Shown one piece after another: positions 38,876 through 52,789 of a stretch of 64,000 nt of DNA. The stretch is from Chrysomallon squamiferum (lineage: Eukaryota; Animalia; Mollusca). The notes under the pieces were generated by a model. That model was not told the DNA's origin, did no database searches, and saw only the letters and a list, made by a program, of their open reading frames with translations. The stretch is from assembly GCA_012295275.1 (NCBI GenBank), contig CM022670.1, positions 11,408,001 to 11,472,000 of the forward strand, given 5' to 3'. A program made the position numbers and the translations under genes. Each line of letters begins with the position of its first letter. Within the stretch, counting starts at the first letter, position 1.

Positions 38876-41800
38876 CCTATAAGTTGCGTTGTAATATCCC
38901 TGGTCATCAAAAAGATGTCCGTGCAGTTGCTCCTTCTATCATTCCTGATGGCGGCTTTGTCTCTGGGTCTAGAGATACAACAGCACGTGTTTGGACTCCT
39001 AACAGGTTTGTTATATTAAAACAGATACTCTGTAAACAAATATTATGTTCGTTGTTAACACTGCTCTGCAAATTCGAAATTATAGTCTAAAACTTAGTAA
39101 AAATTTCCTTGTGATATTTTTCACTTTCCACTTTTTCAATAACTATAAAATAACGATAATAATCGGGGATCTCTTCCATTACTGTGCTTATAAAAAAAAA
39201 TAAAAAAGCAACCAAAAAAAACAATACCCCCCCACAACCAAACATTGATTTTTTTTTTCAGTTTCACTGACTCAGGGTTACATAGGATTGACCTGTTTAG
39301 GCTTAATCATGTCTTAGTTCTGTTGATCAGTAACCTAGCCTAACCCTAACCCTAACCCTAACCCTAACCTAACCTATTAAAATAGTTTCAGAAAAACAGT
39401 TATACATAAACTGATAAAGTGGTTTTGTTTTTTAACTCATTCTGTTCATAAGGCCCATTTTCTATCAACAAAAATTATTCTAAAGAAAGTTCACAACCTT
39501 TAAGAAATTCTGTAAAAAATAATTATAAACTTAAATTTGATAATTGGTGTAATATTCTAGGCACCACAAGTCTCTCTTGTTAATGAACCTGAATCATGAT
39601 GACATACATCAGCCTCCCTACAAAAAAAAAAAAAAAAAATTAAACGTCATAATATTCCTTTAAGAAATAACTTTGATAGGAAAAATATACTGTACTCAGT
39701 TTTGTGTGTAGCATGCATGAATTGAAATACTCTCATTTTTTTTTAGTGGTTCACATGGATTTTCTGAAGGTCTTGTTATGAGTGGACACAGCAATTTTGT
39801 GGCTAGTGTGTGCATCATGCCTCCTGATGATACATATCCAAATGGTTTGATTTATACAGGAAGTAATGATTCCACAATTCTAGCTTTCACTCTAGATTCA
39901 CCCAAGCCAATTGATACACTAACAGGACATTCTCTCACAGGTATATTTTTTGTTGCAATATTTTCAAATATATTTTAATTTGTATTATTTTAATGAATTC
40001 TATTTATATTGTGTTGTATAAATTCATGTATGGAATTAACAGTTCATGAACAAAACAGTTAACAAAACCACAACATTATAGCACTGCATCAAAAACAACA
40101 AAACAAACATGAATTATTTTATGGTAAAAGTTGATAAATATTTATTTTTAATATAAAGTGATTATTGTTGTTATTTTATTATTCAGTTTGTACTCTGGCT
40201 GTTGGCAAATTTGGTTTTCTTGTTAGTGGATCGTGGGACAAAACTGCTAAAGTATGGCTGAAACACAAATGTGTTATGACATTGCAAGGTAATAGTTGGA
40301 ACTTTAGGTTTTTAAAAAACATTTAAATGAATATATTAACTTTGAAAATAATTAATTATTCAGAAATATTGTTTATATTACATATTATCTTTCACAGTCT
40401 ACTAACAAGTACGTATTTCCTAATTTCTGAATTTTTTTTCTTCAAACTTTTTCTTTCTTTTTTTTTGAAAAAACAAATAGTCACTGTCCTAAGAAGCAGG
40501 TATTTCTCAATTTCACTGCTATTTTTCTTTTTCAAAAAAACTTTTTTTCATTGTGTGCTAATCAGCAGATGTTTCTTAATTTCAGCACTTTTTTTTTTTT
40601 TTTTTTTTTTCAGGAAACTATGTACTAACAAACAGGTTTTCTCCACTTCAAATTTTTTTTTTTTATTTTTAAAAAAAAAAAATTCAGGAAATATTTCCAC
40701 TGTACAGCAAGAAGCTGTTTTTTTCTCTCTCAGTTTCAGTGCTGTTTTTCTTTTTCAGGTCATGAGGCTGCTGTGTGGGCTGTGGCTGTGATGTCTGAAC
40801 ACGGCATCATGTTAACAGGATCAGCAGACAGAACCATTAAACTTTTTAAAGCAGGAAAATGTGAAAAAACATTCAGCGGTATAAAACTATTTGTGTCAGT
40901 GCTGTCTAATTAATAATGTATTTTTGACCATATAAATTTGGAGGTAATATCTACAAGAATTAACTCTTTTTGACATTTTATTTCTGTACTTTTTCTGTCT
41001 GTTAAATGTTACGCCTTTGGACAATCTGCAGCAGACAGTTTTATTAATGGCGTTTGTTGACTCTTCTACTTAGTAGTTAATAAGACACATGGTTTATAGA
41101 TTTGTGCATTTGAACTATAAAATGTCACTTCACCCACGTTTGTTGCATTTGTTTTATTTTGTATAAATAAAAATGAAATAACATTAATGCTTACAGCAAT
41201 TTTACCCCAAGATGTTGATAAACTTTTAAAGTTTGTATTATTTTTTTTAAATATCAGGTCATGATGACTGTGTGCGTGGACTTGCAGTTCTGCAGGATGG
41301 TGAGTTCTTGTCGTGTTCTAATGATTCTACGGTGAAGCACTGGCTGCTTTCAGGAGACTGCATACACACATACTATGGACATACTAACTTTGTGTACAGC
41401 ATCGCACTGCTTCCAAATGGTCAGGACTTTGTAACAGCTGGTGAAGACAGGACTGTTCGCATATGGAAAGGTAGAGAGTGTGTACAAACAATTACACAAC
41501 CTACACAGTCAGTCTGGACAGTCTGCACCCTAATGAATGGAGATGTAGTTGTAGGAGGAAGGTCAGTATTTTATCTATATATTAATTTAAGTTTTATAGC
41601 TGATTATTTAAAATTTACAATTCTTAGTAAAATTTGTTACTTTCATTAACATGATACATGTTTTCTTTCATCTGATAAATATTAATTATCTTCTTGGAAC
41701 ATTTATTTGATTTGAAAATATTGGTTATAAAACAGTAGTAATGACTGTGCAGGAAGATTTAGATATTTTTGTCTTTAACAGTTCCAAACTTTTAACTGAG

Positions 41801-44800
41801 TTTTTTTAACTCTCTGATACGTCCTTGATTACTGTGGTAAGTGGGAGATGTTTGCGAGAAATAATAATATGTTAATCATATATTTAAAAATAAAAATTCT
41901 TTGAGTTTTTAAAAAAATTATTCTTTCCAAAGCAGACAAAAATGTAGTTTTTTTGTTTTGTTTGTTTCTCTTCAAGTGATGGGATTATCAGAGTATTTAC
42001 AAATTGTCCTGAAAGAATGGCACCTCCTGATGAACAGAAAGCTTTTATAGATGAGGTTGCTGCAACAGAAATACCTGCACAGATAGGTGACATCAAAGTG
42101 GATGATTTACCTGGTCCTGAAGCACTTGAAAATCCAGGTACACATTTTGAATTAAATTAATTCTTAGTAAAGCTTTTGCATAAACTAACACAGTAAATAC
42201 TATAATTATTTTACAGACAACAATTTGTTACTTAGAATCTGCTAGAGGATAAATACATAATGAATGTTATTTGAAATTGTGTGCTTGTAACAGGTAAAAA
42301 GGATGGGCAGACAAAGATGGTGAAGGAAGGTAACAAAGTTCAACTGTATCATTGGGATGCTGCTGAATCGCAGTGGGCTAAAATTGGTGACGTTGTTGGT
42401 GCATCGGGTGGGACTCAAAAGACATCAGGAAAAACACTTTTTGAAGGACAGGTATGACTCTTCAGATTTGTAGAGTATCACATGGAATTTTTACTCTTCC
42501 ATTTACTTTTTCTTTTTGGTCAGCTTGACTCTAGGTTAAGATGGAGAATAAATTCATTTAAATGCCTTTAAAGAAAGATACCTTTACATCAAGAATGAAT
42601 GTTGAAATCATAATTTTTAAGATTATTCTAGACATTAAGAGCTCTGAACTTAATTGTGTGACGTAATCTGTCTGCATTAAATAAAGCTAAAATTGAAATA
42701 AAATTAGGAAAGATGTTCATTAATAGGTTTATAAATTTAAATAAATATTCTTTTTACAGGAATGTGACTATGTATATTTGAAAGATAATCCAAATAAAAC
42801 TGAATTGAGATAAATTATGAGAGATTTACAAATAAATAATGTTATTTTTACAGGAGTATGACTATGTGTTCACGGTGGATATCCAAGAGGGGGCTCCACC
42901 TCTCAAGTTGCCATTCAATGTTACTGATGACCCCTGGTTCGCTGCACAGAAATTTCTTGAACGCAATGAACTCAGTCAAATGTTTCTCGATCAGGTTGCC
43001 AACTTCATCATTGAAAATACAAAAGATGTAACACTTACCTCAGGCTTTAACTATGCCGATCCACTAACTGGTAATATATATGTCCTGACATCGTATTGTC
43101 ACAAAGTATCACTAATATAGTTTTTGTATCCTCATTACAATTTTCTAACAGTCATGAAGATAATACCAATTATATTTTTATTTTTATATATTTAAAAAAA
43201 AAAAACAGAATCTGCTTTCCATATTGTAAAGACAAATGTTTTTGAAAATAGAATCTTCTAATCCCATATTTGTACGACATTTTCTCAACCAGTTGTGTCT
43301 GAAGATTCAGACAAAATTCTGCAGTGTAAATCTCGATTTTTAAAATGCTTGTGAAATTTGTGAAATTATTTTGTTTTAAAAATGTAAAAGATTTTAACCA
43401 TGAAATCTGTATAAGTTTGATTTATATTCTAAAATACTGTGATTGTGTCTCAGGAACTAATCGTTACGTGCCAAGAAGTATAAACAACACTCCTTTTGAA
43501 GGCTCGGACCCTTTCACAGGTTCAGGTAGATACGTCCCCGGCGATGGACAGGCTGGTATTCCCAGTAATCTGGTGGGTGCAGATCCATTCACAGGTGATC
43601 ATTTCATTTTTATTTATTACATTACTTGATTATAATTCACTGACAGGTAATTAATGGCTATAATTATTTTAACTAACATTTTTTTTTTTTTTGAAATCAA
43701 GGATATTTGATAATTATAAAAAAAATCACTAAACTTTAATAGACATTCTGATATTATTATGCTGTGAATTAATATTGGTAATAATATTAATTTTAAAAAA
43801 GTATTCTTTTTTAATATCTTTTTTTGTGATTTTTTTTTTTTTAATGGTGTTTTTCAGCTTCATTTCTTTATTCACTTTGGGACAAAAAAAAACAAACATT
43901 AATACAGATCTTTGAAGTTACTTTTAACAAATACTGGGGAAAATCAGTCTAAAATTTATTTCATTTTCAGGTTCAGCAAGTTACAAGCCTCTTACAGCAA
44001 CCAAACAAAATGATTATTTTCCTGTATCAGTATTCCTCACTTTTGACAATGCAGATCCAACAAAAATTATTGGTACGTATTGGTTTAATATATAAATAAT
44101 ATATCATTTGGAAATGTTTTTATTTGTTGACACTACTGTAGTGATTTTTTACCCGGTCAATTACTTTAACAACACTCACTATTCATTCTGAGTATTATTG
44201 ACTAAACAACTGATTAGAACTGAATTTATCTTTTTAGATAAATTAAAAGAATTCAACAGCAGAAAAGAAGCCTGCTACAAAGTGGAAGAAAAAAATATTG
44301 ATAAACTGTTACTACTGATATCAGGAAAATCTACTTCAACAGAATTACTGGGTATACTTCAGAAAATTCTGACATGGCCTCAAGGTAAGATACTTATTAT
44401 TCTTAAATATTTAATTTCAAATCAGATTAAGAAAACAACCAGTATTTCTATGCACATTGTAACTAAAATATAGATTTTTGTCAACTAAGAATTCAATACT
44501 TGAAATATGGGAGAATTGATCTCTTCCATGTAATTTTTTTCTAAGATAATGTGGATCCCAGTAGAATGTATTTTTTTACATTTCTATAGCTTTAATATTT
44601 GATGTTTTTTAATTTGAAATTTCTTTAATTTAGATAATTTTTATGCTTGCATTATCTTCAATTTTGTTTCAGATATTTTCCCGGCTTTAGATATTCTTAG
44701 AATCATCATCAAACGACCTGAAGTTTTACAATTTTTTAACAGTCAGTCAGACTTCCTGCCTCAACTGCTCAGATTCACATCTCCAGATGGGCCAGTAGCC

Positions 44801-45229
44801 AACCAGATGCTTTCAATTCGGGTTTTAGCCAACTTGTTCAGCCAGCCAGGGGGTCTGAATCTTGTCTACAGCAACAAATCCAACGTTTTATCTGCTGTAC
44901 TAGAATGCAAGATGTCAACAAACTCTAAAGTTCACATTGCTATAGCAACAGTTTTGTTAAACTTTGCTATAGCTGTAAGGAGTAGAGGTGACACAGATGA
45001 CAAATCTGAATGTCTGAAAGCAGCTGAAACTTTGCTGAATGTACACCAAGATTCAGAAGCAGTATTTAGGACACTTGTTTCTGTGGGAACAATTATTTAC
45101 AAGGATGATGAATCCATTGCTATTGCCCTGTCTCTTGATTTTAATAACCTAGTTTCAAAATTTAAATCTGTGACAGAAACCTCAAAACTGGCTGCATGTG
45201 CAAAACAGATTTGTGATATATTAAAATGA
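38866..45229 (+). CDS. PLAA: Phospholipase A2-activating protein (Doa1/Ufd3 ortholog; WD40-PFU-PUL)
   Basis: Thirteen exons at ~38866-39005, 39747-39940, 40187-40288, 40759-40878, 41258-41561, 41977-42137, 42293-42451, 42854-43070, 43454-43594, 43971-44072, 44239-44384 and 44673-45229 as listed by eye (count approximate). Contains WD repeats ([28 protein letters not shown]), the PFU segment [27 protein letters not shown] linker repeats and a PUL domain. Confidence 0.96.
39331..39375 (+). repeat. Short interstitial (CCCTAA)n telomere-like tract in PLAA intron 1
   Basis: The sequence reads taacctagcctaaccctaaccctaaccctaaccctaacctaacct. Confidence 0.8.
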
Positions 45230-45823
45230 TCTGGATCAAACATGAAAGTAGTATTCACTGAAAATTATCTTTTACACATAATTTATCAGAGCTTGATATC
45301 GAAGGATTAGTGCCTGAAGATGTTATTTGACATAGCTATCTAAAATAGTAATGTAATGTAATTAGCAGCTTAATTGTTACAGTTATCTTTTAACATCACT
45401 TCAAGTATACTTCTTTGTACTGTGTTGTTATGATGAAATATTGTGTATCATCAAAATATAATAGCTACAATATGTTGTGAAATTTTACAAATCATTCTAT
45501 ATCCTGGCACTAAACCTTCGATATATATATAATTTTTTCTTCTTTTTTTGTTTGTTTGTTGTGAATTTTTTGTCATTGTATGTTTAATGATATTTATTTT
45601 ATGTAATTTACCAAGTGAATAATTAAATCAAACTGTTTTGAAACTCATAATTTATATGGAGATGATTCATTAAATGTAGCCAATCAGTACATTCTTCAGA
45701 AATTCTGCTGAATTCTGAAATATTGATGGTTACCTTAAACTGATGTCAGTTTTATTGTTCTTAAAAGTGAATTCAGAATATTGTTATGGAAAATACATTT
45801 AAGAGCACAATGCAGAATATAAA

Positions 45824-48800
45824 TTATTTTATTTTCTTTGAAGATATCTTTTTTGGATTTTGTACAGTTAATTGTTTGTCAGATGTTTGAAAGAACTGCA
45901 GATAGTGGAAGTACAATAAGAACAGAACAAAATGGGCACAGGAAAACACTGATATGAACACTGGAAACAGATCAGGAAGATGTGATGGAGGTTTAGAAAA
46001 TCTGATGATAGCACTTAATACGATCATTCCCAGTAATGATGCAGAGTACTGAAAGTAAAATACACACTTATAAGAATATGAGACATTATTTTGAAATAAG
46101 AAATAAACAGATTTATAAGAATCACTTAGACTTTGCCAAGTACTGAAAGTACAACATAGTTATAGAAATACATGTTTTCAGATTTTGAAATAAAAATAGT
46201 TTTTATAAATTTTATTTAACCTGTTAAGTAAAAAATTAATATAATGTCTAATAAAACATAAGTAAATGTTTTCAGATTTTAATTATATTATTTTGAAACA
46301 AAATTGTTTTATGTAAATTTATTTAATGTGCTAAGAAAATATTAACAAAAACTGTCTTTTCTATTGAAATCATTCTTCATGGAGACAAACGATTTCTTTT
46401 AACTAGAGATGTTATAAAAATATGTAACTGCTTTCATTACAGTATTTACTTACAACAAATTTTAATGCAATTGGAAGTGAGGAATAATCTTGTTTTCTTG
46501 TTGACTGTTTCATAATCATGTTCACTATGATGAAGTAAAGACAGGACAGATTAACATAAGGACTGAACAGACCATCTTTTATTAACAGTGGCACCATGCT
46601 GAAATATCAAAAAATTATAACCATTAAATAAATTTAGAGCAGAATTTTCTTACAATTTACTTTAAATAATTCATTTGTAAGAAGGCCTTAAACATACATG
46701 ATTTTCATCTACAGAAAAATTATAGTTTGATAAAATCAGTAACAGAAGGTTAATTCAGGTAACCAGATTTTACACACTGATTGCACACAAGATTCAAATA
46801 AAATAACTATCAACTTATGTGATGAATAATCAGGTGGATTTTGATTTATTTGGCAAAGTCCCATTTTAAAGACATGGGATTAGTAAAATTATCAAACTGG
46901 AATGAATTAAACATTATAGAGAAACATCATCTTGCACATTTGTTCCACAAAAGTTGTTTTTGTTTAGTAGACTTTTTGACATAAAGACAAGTTACTTTCA
47001 GAATATTTTCTTTAAAATTATTATACAGTATTGTTTAAAATATTTAAGATACTTTAATTTTAACATAATTATGCTTTTAGTTACTGTCCAAATATTCTTA
47101 AACTCATAAACAAATGTAGCTTTTACCTAAATGTAGAAATGAGCAGGAAGTAGACACTACTGAACTGATGATCTGGAAAAATGGCCATAACTGGTCTGAA
47201 AAAGGATTTAATTTTATATCATATATGTATATATTTTTTATTATTTACTACTAAAATATTTGGATGAAATGAGAAAAATAGTTTTTAATACATCCAAGTT
47301 ATTATGATTGGTTTTGTTAAGGTATCCATGTGATTAAGATTTAGATAATAACAAAGAATGATAGTAAAACTACCATTTTGTTCCTCTGTGATATAAGATG
47401 AAAAACATTCTTCATAAAATGTGAAATTTTAAAGAGAAAGCTATATACAGATTAAATCTAAATTTGTACCACTGTTTTCAAATTACAATTGTTCATTATG
47501 TAGATCTTAACATGATTGTAACAAGCAGTTCACTTACAATGCCGCCAGTAATATGGACTTTTCATGTACTTGAAATGAGAAGAGAAAAAACACTAGAGAT
47601 GAATTTACCTGCAATGAATAAAAATGGACGCTCATAATAATGTTAAATCTATATATTGTGATTGTTGTGTCAGTAATAATATTTAATGACATTAGCTTGA
47701 AGAAATTTACAAAAGTAATTCACATTTGTTTATAAAACTGATACATTTAATTTTCTCACCAAAGCTAATTTGAAGTTTTCAACTGTTGGCTTTACTAGCA
47801 GATGTATTGATGATGGCAATATAAAGACAACTGTTGATCCCAAACTGAAATAAGAGAGCATACAAGTAAATTAAAAAACAACCAAGACCCAGTAAAAACT
47901 AAAATTACAACTAGAAAACAGAATTAGATTGGTGAAAGTAGGTAGGTTAATTTTTCAAACTGATAGTTTTTTCTAGATTTTGTTTCAGTTCTAGCTTTTG
48001 AAATTTATAATAAAGAATCACTCCATGTCATATCTATCACATTTGAGTTGACCTCTGGTCTCACTGAAATTTAAACACTGACTAGTGTTCCATGCAGGGT
48101 ATCACTCACCATAAATAGACTAGTTTATCAAAAGATAACAGCTGCTTTAGTTTTATTATCACTGATAGACTGCACCATACATTTGCAACTTTGTCCTGAA
48201 ACAGTACATAAATAAAACACATCAGTTTAAAACAAGAAAAAAAATCTTTGGTTTTGGAAATACAAAATAAAACTGAAAAAGGGGATGAGAACAATGAATT
48301 TAAAAAAGTAAAGAATCTTTAAAATACTCTTGACATTATTTTAATGAATAAAAACTAATGTAATTTAAAAAATGTTAATTAGTTTTTCATTCCAATATTA
48401 ATAAAAGTTATCTTAATGAGTTCATCATTTGTAACCACTAATCAAATTGTAATAAAAAGCCTTTGTTTAAATGTATATAAACCTTAGTCTGTTATGGTTA
48501 TTTTCTGACCTCATAAAGACCACGTCCAAATGGAAACAGGCGTTTGACCACAGAAAGTGCTGTATCCAAATCTTGCAGGAATGGCAGCCAGCAAATTCCA
48601 AAAGTAATGATGACAACCAGTGCCAGCATCAGAAATTTTAAGTAACTGAAATGACAAATTTTATTCATATAAAAATTTGATTCCTTCAATGAGAATCTGA
48701 ATAAACATATTTGATACCAAAAAATATTAGGGCAAAATAAATCACATTTTTGCTGAAACAAATAAACAGTTGTTATAAATTTTCAGAAGTAAAAAATATA

Positions 48801-49710
48801 AAGGTGGCCTAAATTAGATTTTTTATTTATTTAGATTTTTTATTTGCTTGTAATAAGCAAAAAGATGTGATTTGTACCATTAAAAAAAATAAAATTATTT
48901 ATTATAATTTTTCAATTTTCCTGCCCATACTTTTGTTGCAGAATTTGTAACAATATAAAAAAACGAACCCTTTGGTAGGATTGCTTCTAAAACAGGATCC
49001 AAGCAAGTAGCAGAAAAAAGGTAATGCATGATAAAGTTCCATCTGCTTGTAATTGAGAGCAAGGCAAAAGAAAATGGCTGCAAGCAGATCCTGGTTCTTG
49101 CTGATAAATGTAATTCCAATTAATGCAGCTCCAAGACTAACACCATTGTATCTGATCAGTTAAGGAAATTAATATATTACACTGCATAAACTGCATACTA
49201 TAGTGACTGACTAAATTACAATAATATGGCAGTTATATGAAGCAATTTCTAGAGGATCTGAAACCGAGTTCAAGTCAATTATTGACATTCAGGTATTTAA
49301 ATCTGTCATTGTAATTAACAAGTATTACTTCTTATTTTTTTTAAAACAAATGCTGAATGAAAAATGGTCTTGTTTCTTTTCTTTTGTTTTTAACTTCATG
49401 TTATTTATTTCACTTGATATTCTTCTGTTGGTGACAAGGGATACTGAAAATGTCCATGATCAATTAAGATCAATCCTGGATAGAGCAGCATTGTCAGCAT
49501 ACCTCCCAGCTGAAACACAACATAAAATTACAAAGAGTCAGCTATTTGTAATGTTCCTAAAGAAATTTTTTTTTTTAAAACCCACCAAATATAGTATTAA
49601 ATGTGTTTTACATTACTATCAGGTTACAGAATAAAACTATTTTGATTCCCATGTAGAGAAAAATGATGGAAAAATTAATTTATAAAAAAACAAAAATAAA
49701 AACAACAACA

Positions 49711-49758
<48 letters not shown>

Positions 49759-52448
49759 TAATAAAAATAACAACAATAATAATCCACATATAAAGTTACA
49801 TAATTACAATACTGATGTCATTAAATAGTATCTTAAAGGCAAGATTTTGTGGAATAAAATACTTCTTTTTTTTAAAAGGGATACATTTGTGAGTAAAACT
49901 TTTACCTTTTCTGTTGCTTGCAATTTCCACTGAGATAAATAATAAAATAAAACAGCAGGTATGAAAACCATGAGATCAGCAACTATCACTGAAAATGAAA
50001 ACAGAAACTAAACATTACACATATATCAATATCAATAATCATAAAAAATAATTTTAAAAATTTGAAAATTTTAAATCTTGTGTGTAAGATATTATAATGA
50101 TCCAAACACTGGAAATGTGGTTAAAAACTGTAATACTAATAGAACCATTTTATATCCACATTCAGCATAAAAATAAATAAACAATAATTAAAAGTCTATT
50201 CTTACAGGAAATACATTATGATCAGTTTGCAAAAGAAAATAGGAATTAATAAAACAGGGGAGTAATGACTCAAATGAAAGAAGATATTGTAAAAATATTT
50301 ACTAAAAATATGTTATTATATAAACGTATAAAAAAAAGTTATTTTACCTGAGTATCTCATGAATAATTTGTGTGTTTCACTCTCAAAACCTCGAGACTGT
50401 TTTAAAGCCACCCAATCAGGATTAATGTACCTCGATCTAGAATGAAAACAAAATCTTTACAGTACTGAAATTTCTGTTTTACTGTAAACTTTGAAAATCA
50501 AAATGTAACAATACTTGGGGATGGGGTAACTGACTACCTTTTGACCTGTTTCAACATTTTATATACAATATAAATGAACTAAATAAGTACATCAAAGTTT
50601 TAATACAATAATAAATAAATTAGAAAAATAATAAAACAAAATAAAACACACACATATATATATATATATATATAATTTTGACCTTTTCTCAAAAGGTGTA
50701 ATATGGAAATGTTATCATGTTTGCTATCCAATCATTAATTTCAGAAATGTCCGATAGGTTTTAGAAGATACTGCTAAATGATCACAAAACAGATATATAT
50801 TCAGAGAAAAAAAAAAATCTTCTGTTTGATTTGTGTGTGTATTGTAGTAAATTCAATACAGCTGTTAATAGATAGACCTATACTTACATCAATCCATAAA
50901 TATAACTGTGAAAGGCAGTCAAAGGTGGGTAATCAAGACCCCAGTACAGCAAATCATTGTCTGTTGTGTTTTTGTACCTATGAAAATACAAATATGGAAA
51001 TGTATTTTCAACTGCTTTAATATTAATATAGTTATAAAATGAGTGATTTCTTTGTAATATTCCATGTACTTGCAAACAGTTTACATTTTAATATGATTTA
51101 ATACAAATAATGTAACAAATATATATACTGTGTAACTGAGATTTACATATTACACAGGCTGAATTGAAGATCAAGAAACTATTTTCCATTTTCATTTTTT
51201 GACTGTAAAATGTAATATTATCTTCACTATAAAAATGATAAAAAATAACTTGACTCCAGAAATGTTATTTTTGACAGTGTCATTCATGCTATTTTGGATG
51301 TATTGAATTATATTTTGATGATATTCAGTTCAAGACCAATTTTACCATTTGAATGTTTTTGGTTGACAGGTTATTAACTGAAACACTGCAAGTGTGTAAA
51401 CATGCATTACAGATGTAACAGGCTGACACAGATTATAAATACTGGATAGTATGAAGATGTCAAAGATATTTTAAAAAGCATCAAGTTCATGCAAAAATAA
51501 GCTTGTGCCGTGATATAATGGACAACTTACAACTTAGATACTTTTATATTTGTGATAATACTCATATAATAAACTAAAAATGTGAGCATAAAAAGAATTA
51601 GCAAAACATAATCACAACTTTACAGGACTGATCTATGTACCTACCAGTCAGATGCTGGCAAATTAACTGTAATTTCCATCCAGTGTCTTTGTGCTTCATA
51701 ATCACCAAACATAGGACCCTTAGCCTCACCTAAAGTAATAAAAATACACAGAGAATAAAATGTATGTAAAACTGTTTGCAGTAAATATAAATAATCTAAA
51801 TATATTGTAAATTATATCTACTTCTAAGTAAATTTCTTACTTGTATCTGAGCAACACCAGTCTTTACCACTTGATTTGTGATACGACACTTTGAAAAGAA
51901 ATGTAAAGGACAGCTGACATAAGGAACATAGTGCATTTCTTTTGTAGTTTGTGTCGGATAGGAATTTTACATTTGTGTATACAGATATTATGACAAATAG
52001 GCACACAGAAAGCAGTTTAGTGCTTTGCATTCAACTCGTCTGATATCATGCCATATTATATAAGACTTTGTTTCCTTGATGATGATATTTCAATACACTG
52101 TCAAAAGAGAATGTGAAATATATATCGCCTACATTTTAATAATATAAATAACATATGTCATATGGGTACAAAGAATAGTATTTCATTCGATAATGTTAAC
52201 ACGAAGTACATATCCTGTATAATGTTACTTTCGCGCATAAAATAGATGTTTTTCTCCTAATACTTATTCTGAAACAAAAATTACATGAACGTACGAACTC
52301 CTTCCTAAATTATAAAAACACTCGCAGCACAGCATAGGCATGTGGGAGATACCTTTATCTTATTATACTTACCAGAATAACTGTATAAAGCAACACACCA
52401 CCGAAGTAAAAGAGAAACAGATGCTACAAGACAGAACTTTGTAAACAT
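45824..52448 (-). CDS. ALG6: Dolichyl-P-Glc:Man9GlcNAc2-PP-dolichol alpha-1,3-glucosyltransferase
   Basis: Starts [26 protein letters not shown]. Later exons give [86 protein letters not shown] and [12 protein letters not shown]. It ends ...SSKKIK*, a KKXX ER-retrieval signal. Confidence 0.96.
49152..49444 (-). other. U12-type (minor spliceosome) GT-AG intron in ALG6
   Basis: The 5' splice site is GTATCCCT. The branch sequence TTTCCTTAAC sits just upstream of the terminal AG with no polypyrimidine tract. Splicing restores GHFQ|YNG. Confidence 0.85.
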
Positions 52449-52789
52449 GATAAGTCAAAACCTAATTATCTATTACACGAACATGGAATCTGATGCACGG
52501 TTCTTTAGTAGTAATTGTGGGAGAAAGAGAAAGTGGGGTTATGTTACTTTCAAACGAAAAAGAGTTCCATTTATACACTAACGTCACTATTTTATTTTTG
52601 CCGGAAATTGACAGTACCGATGATAGGAACGTAGTAAACAAAACATAATTATATTCACATTCGATCATTAAAGTGTAATGCTTGTTTCTGTAGTCAGTAC
52701 CAAAAACAGTAAGTCGAATGGCTGAGAATATTCAGTATAGTCTAAGCTCTATAGAACTTTTATTTATTAACAGTAATTTTTTTTTTTTT

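Noticed and set aside
43050-43990. Three DP(F/L)TG repeats in PLAA
   Set aside because: This is a normal feature of the PFU-PUL linker in animal PLAA.
594-52448. Functional clustering (PTB, METTL4 and a U12 intron as a splicing theme; lipase near PLAA as a lipid theme)
   Set aside because: Neighbouring eukaryotic genes need not be functionally linked, and nothing in the sequence supports co-regulation.
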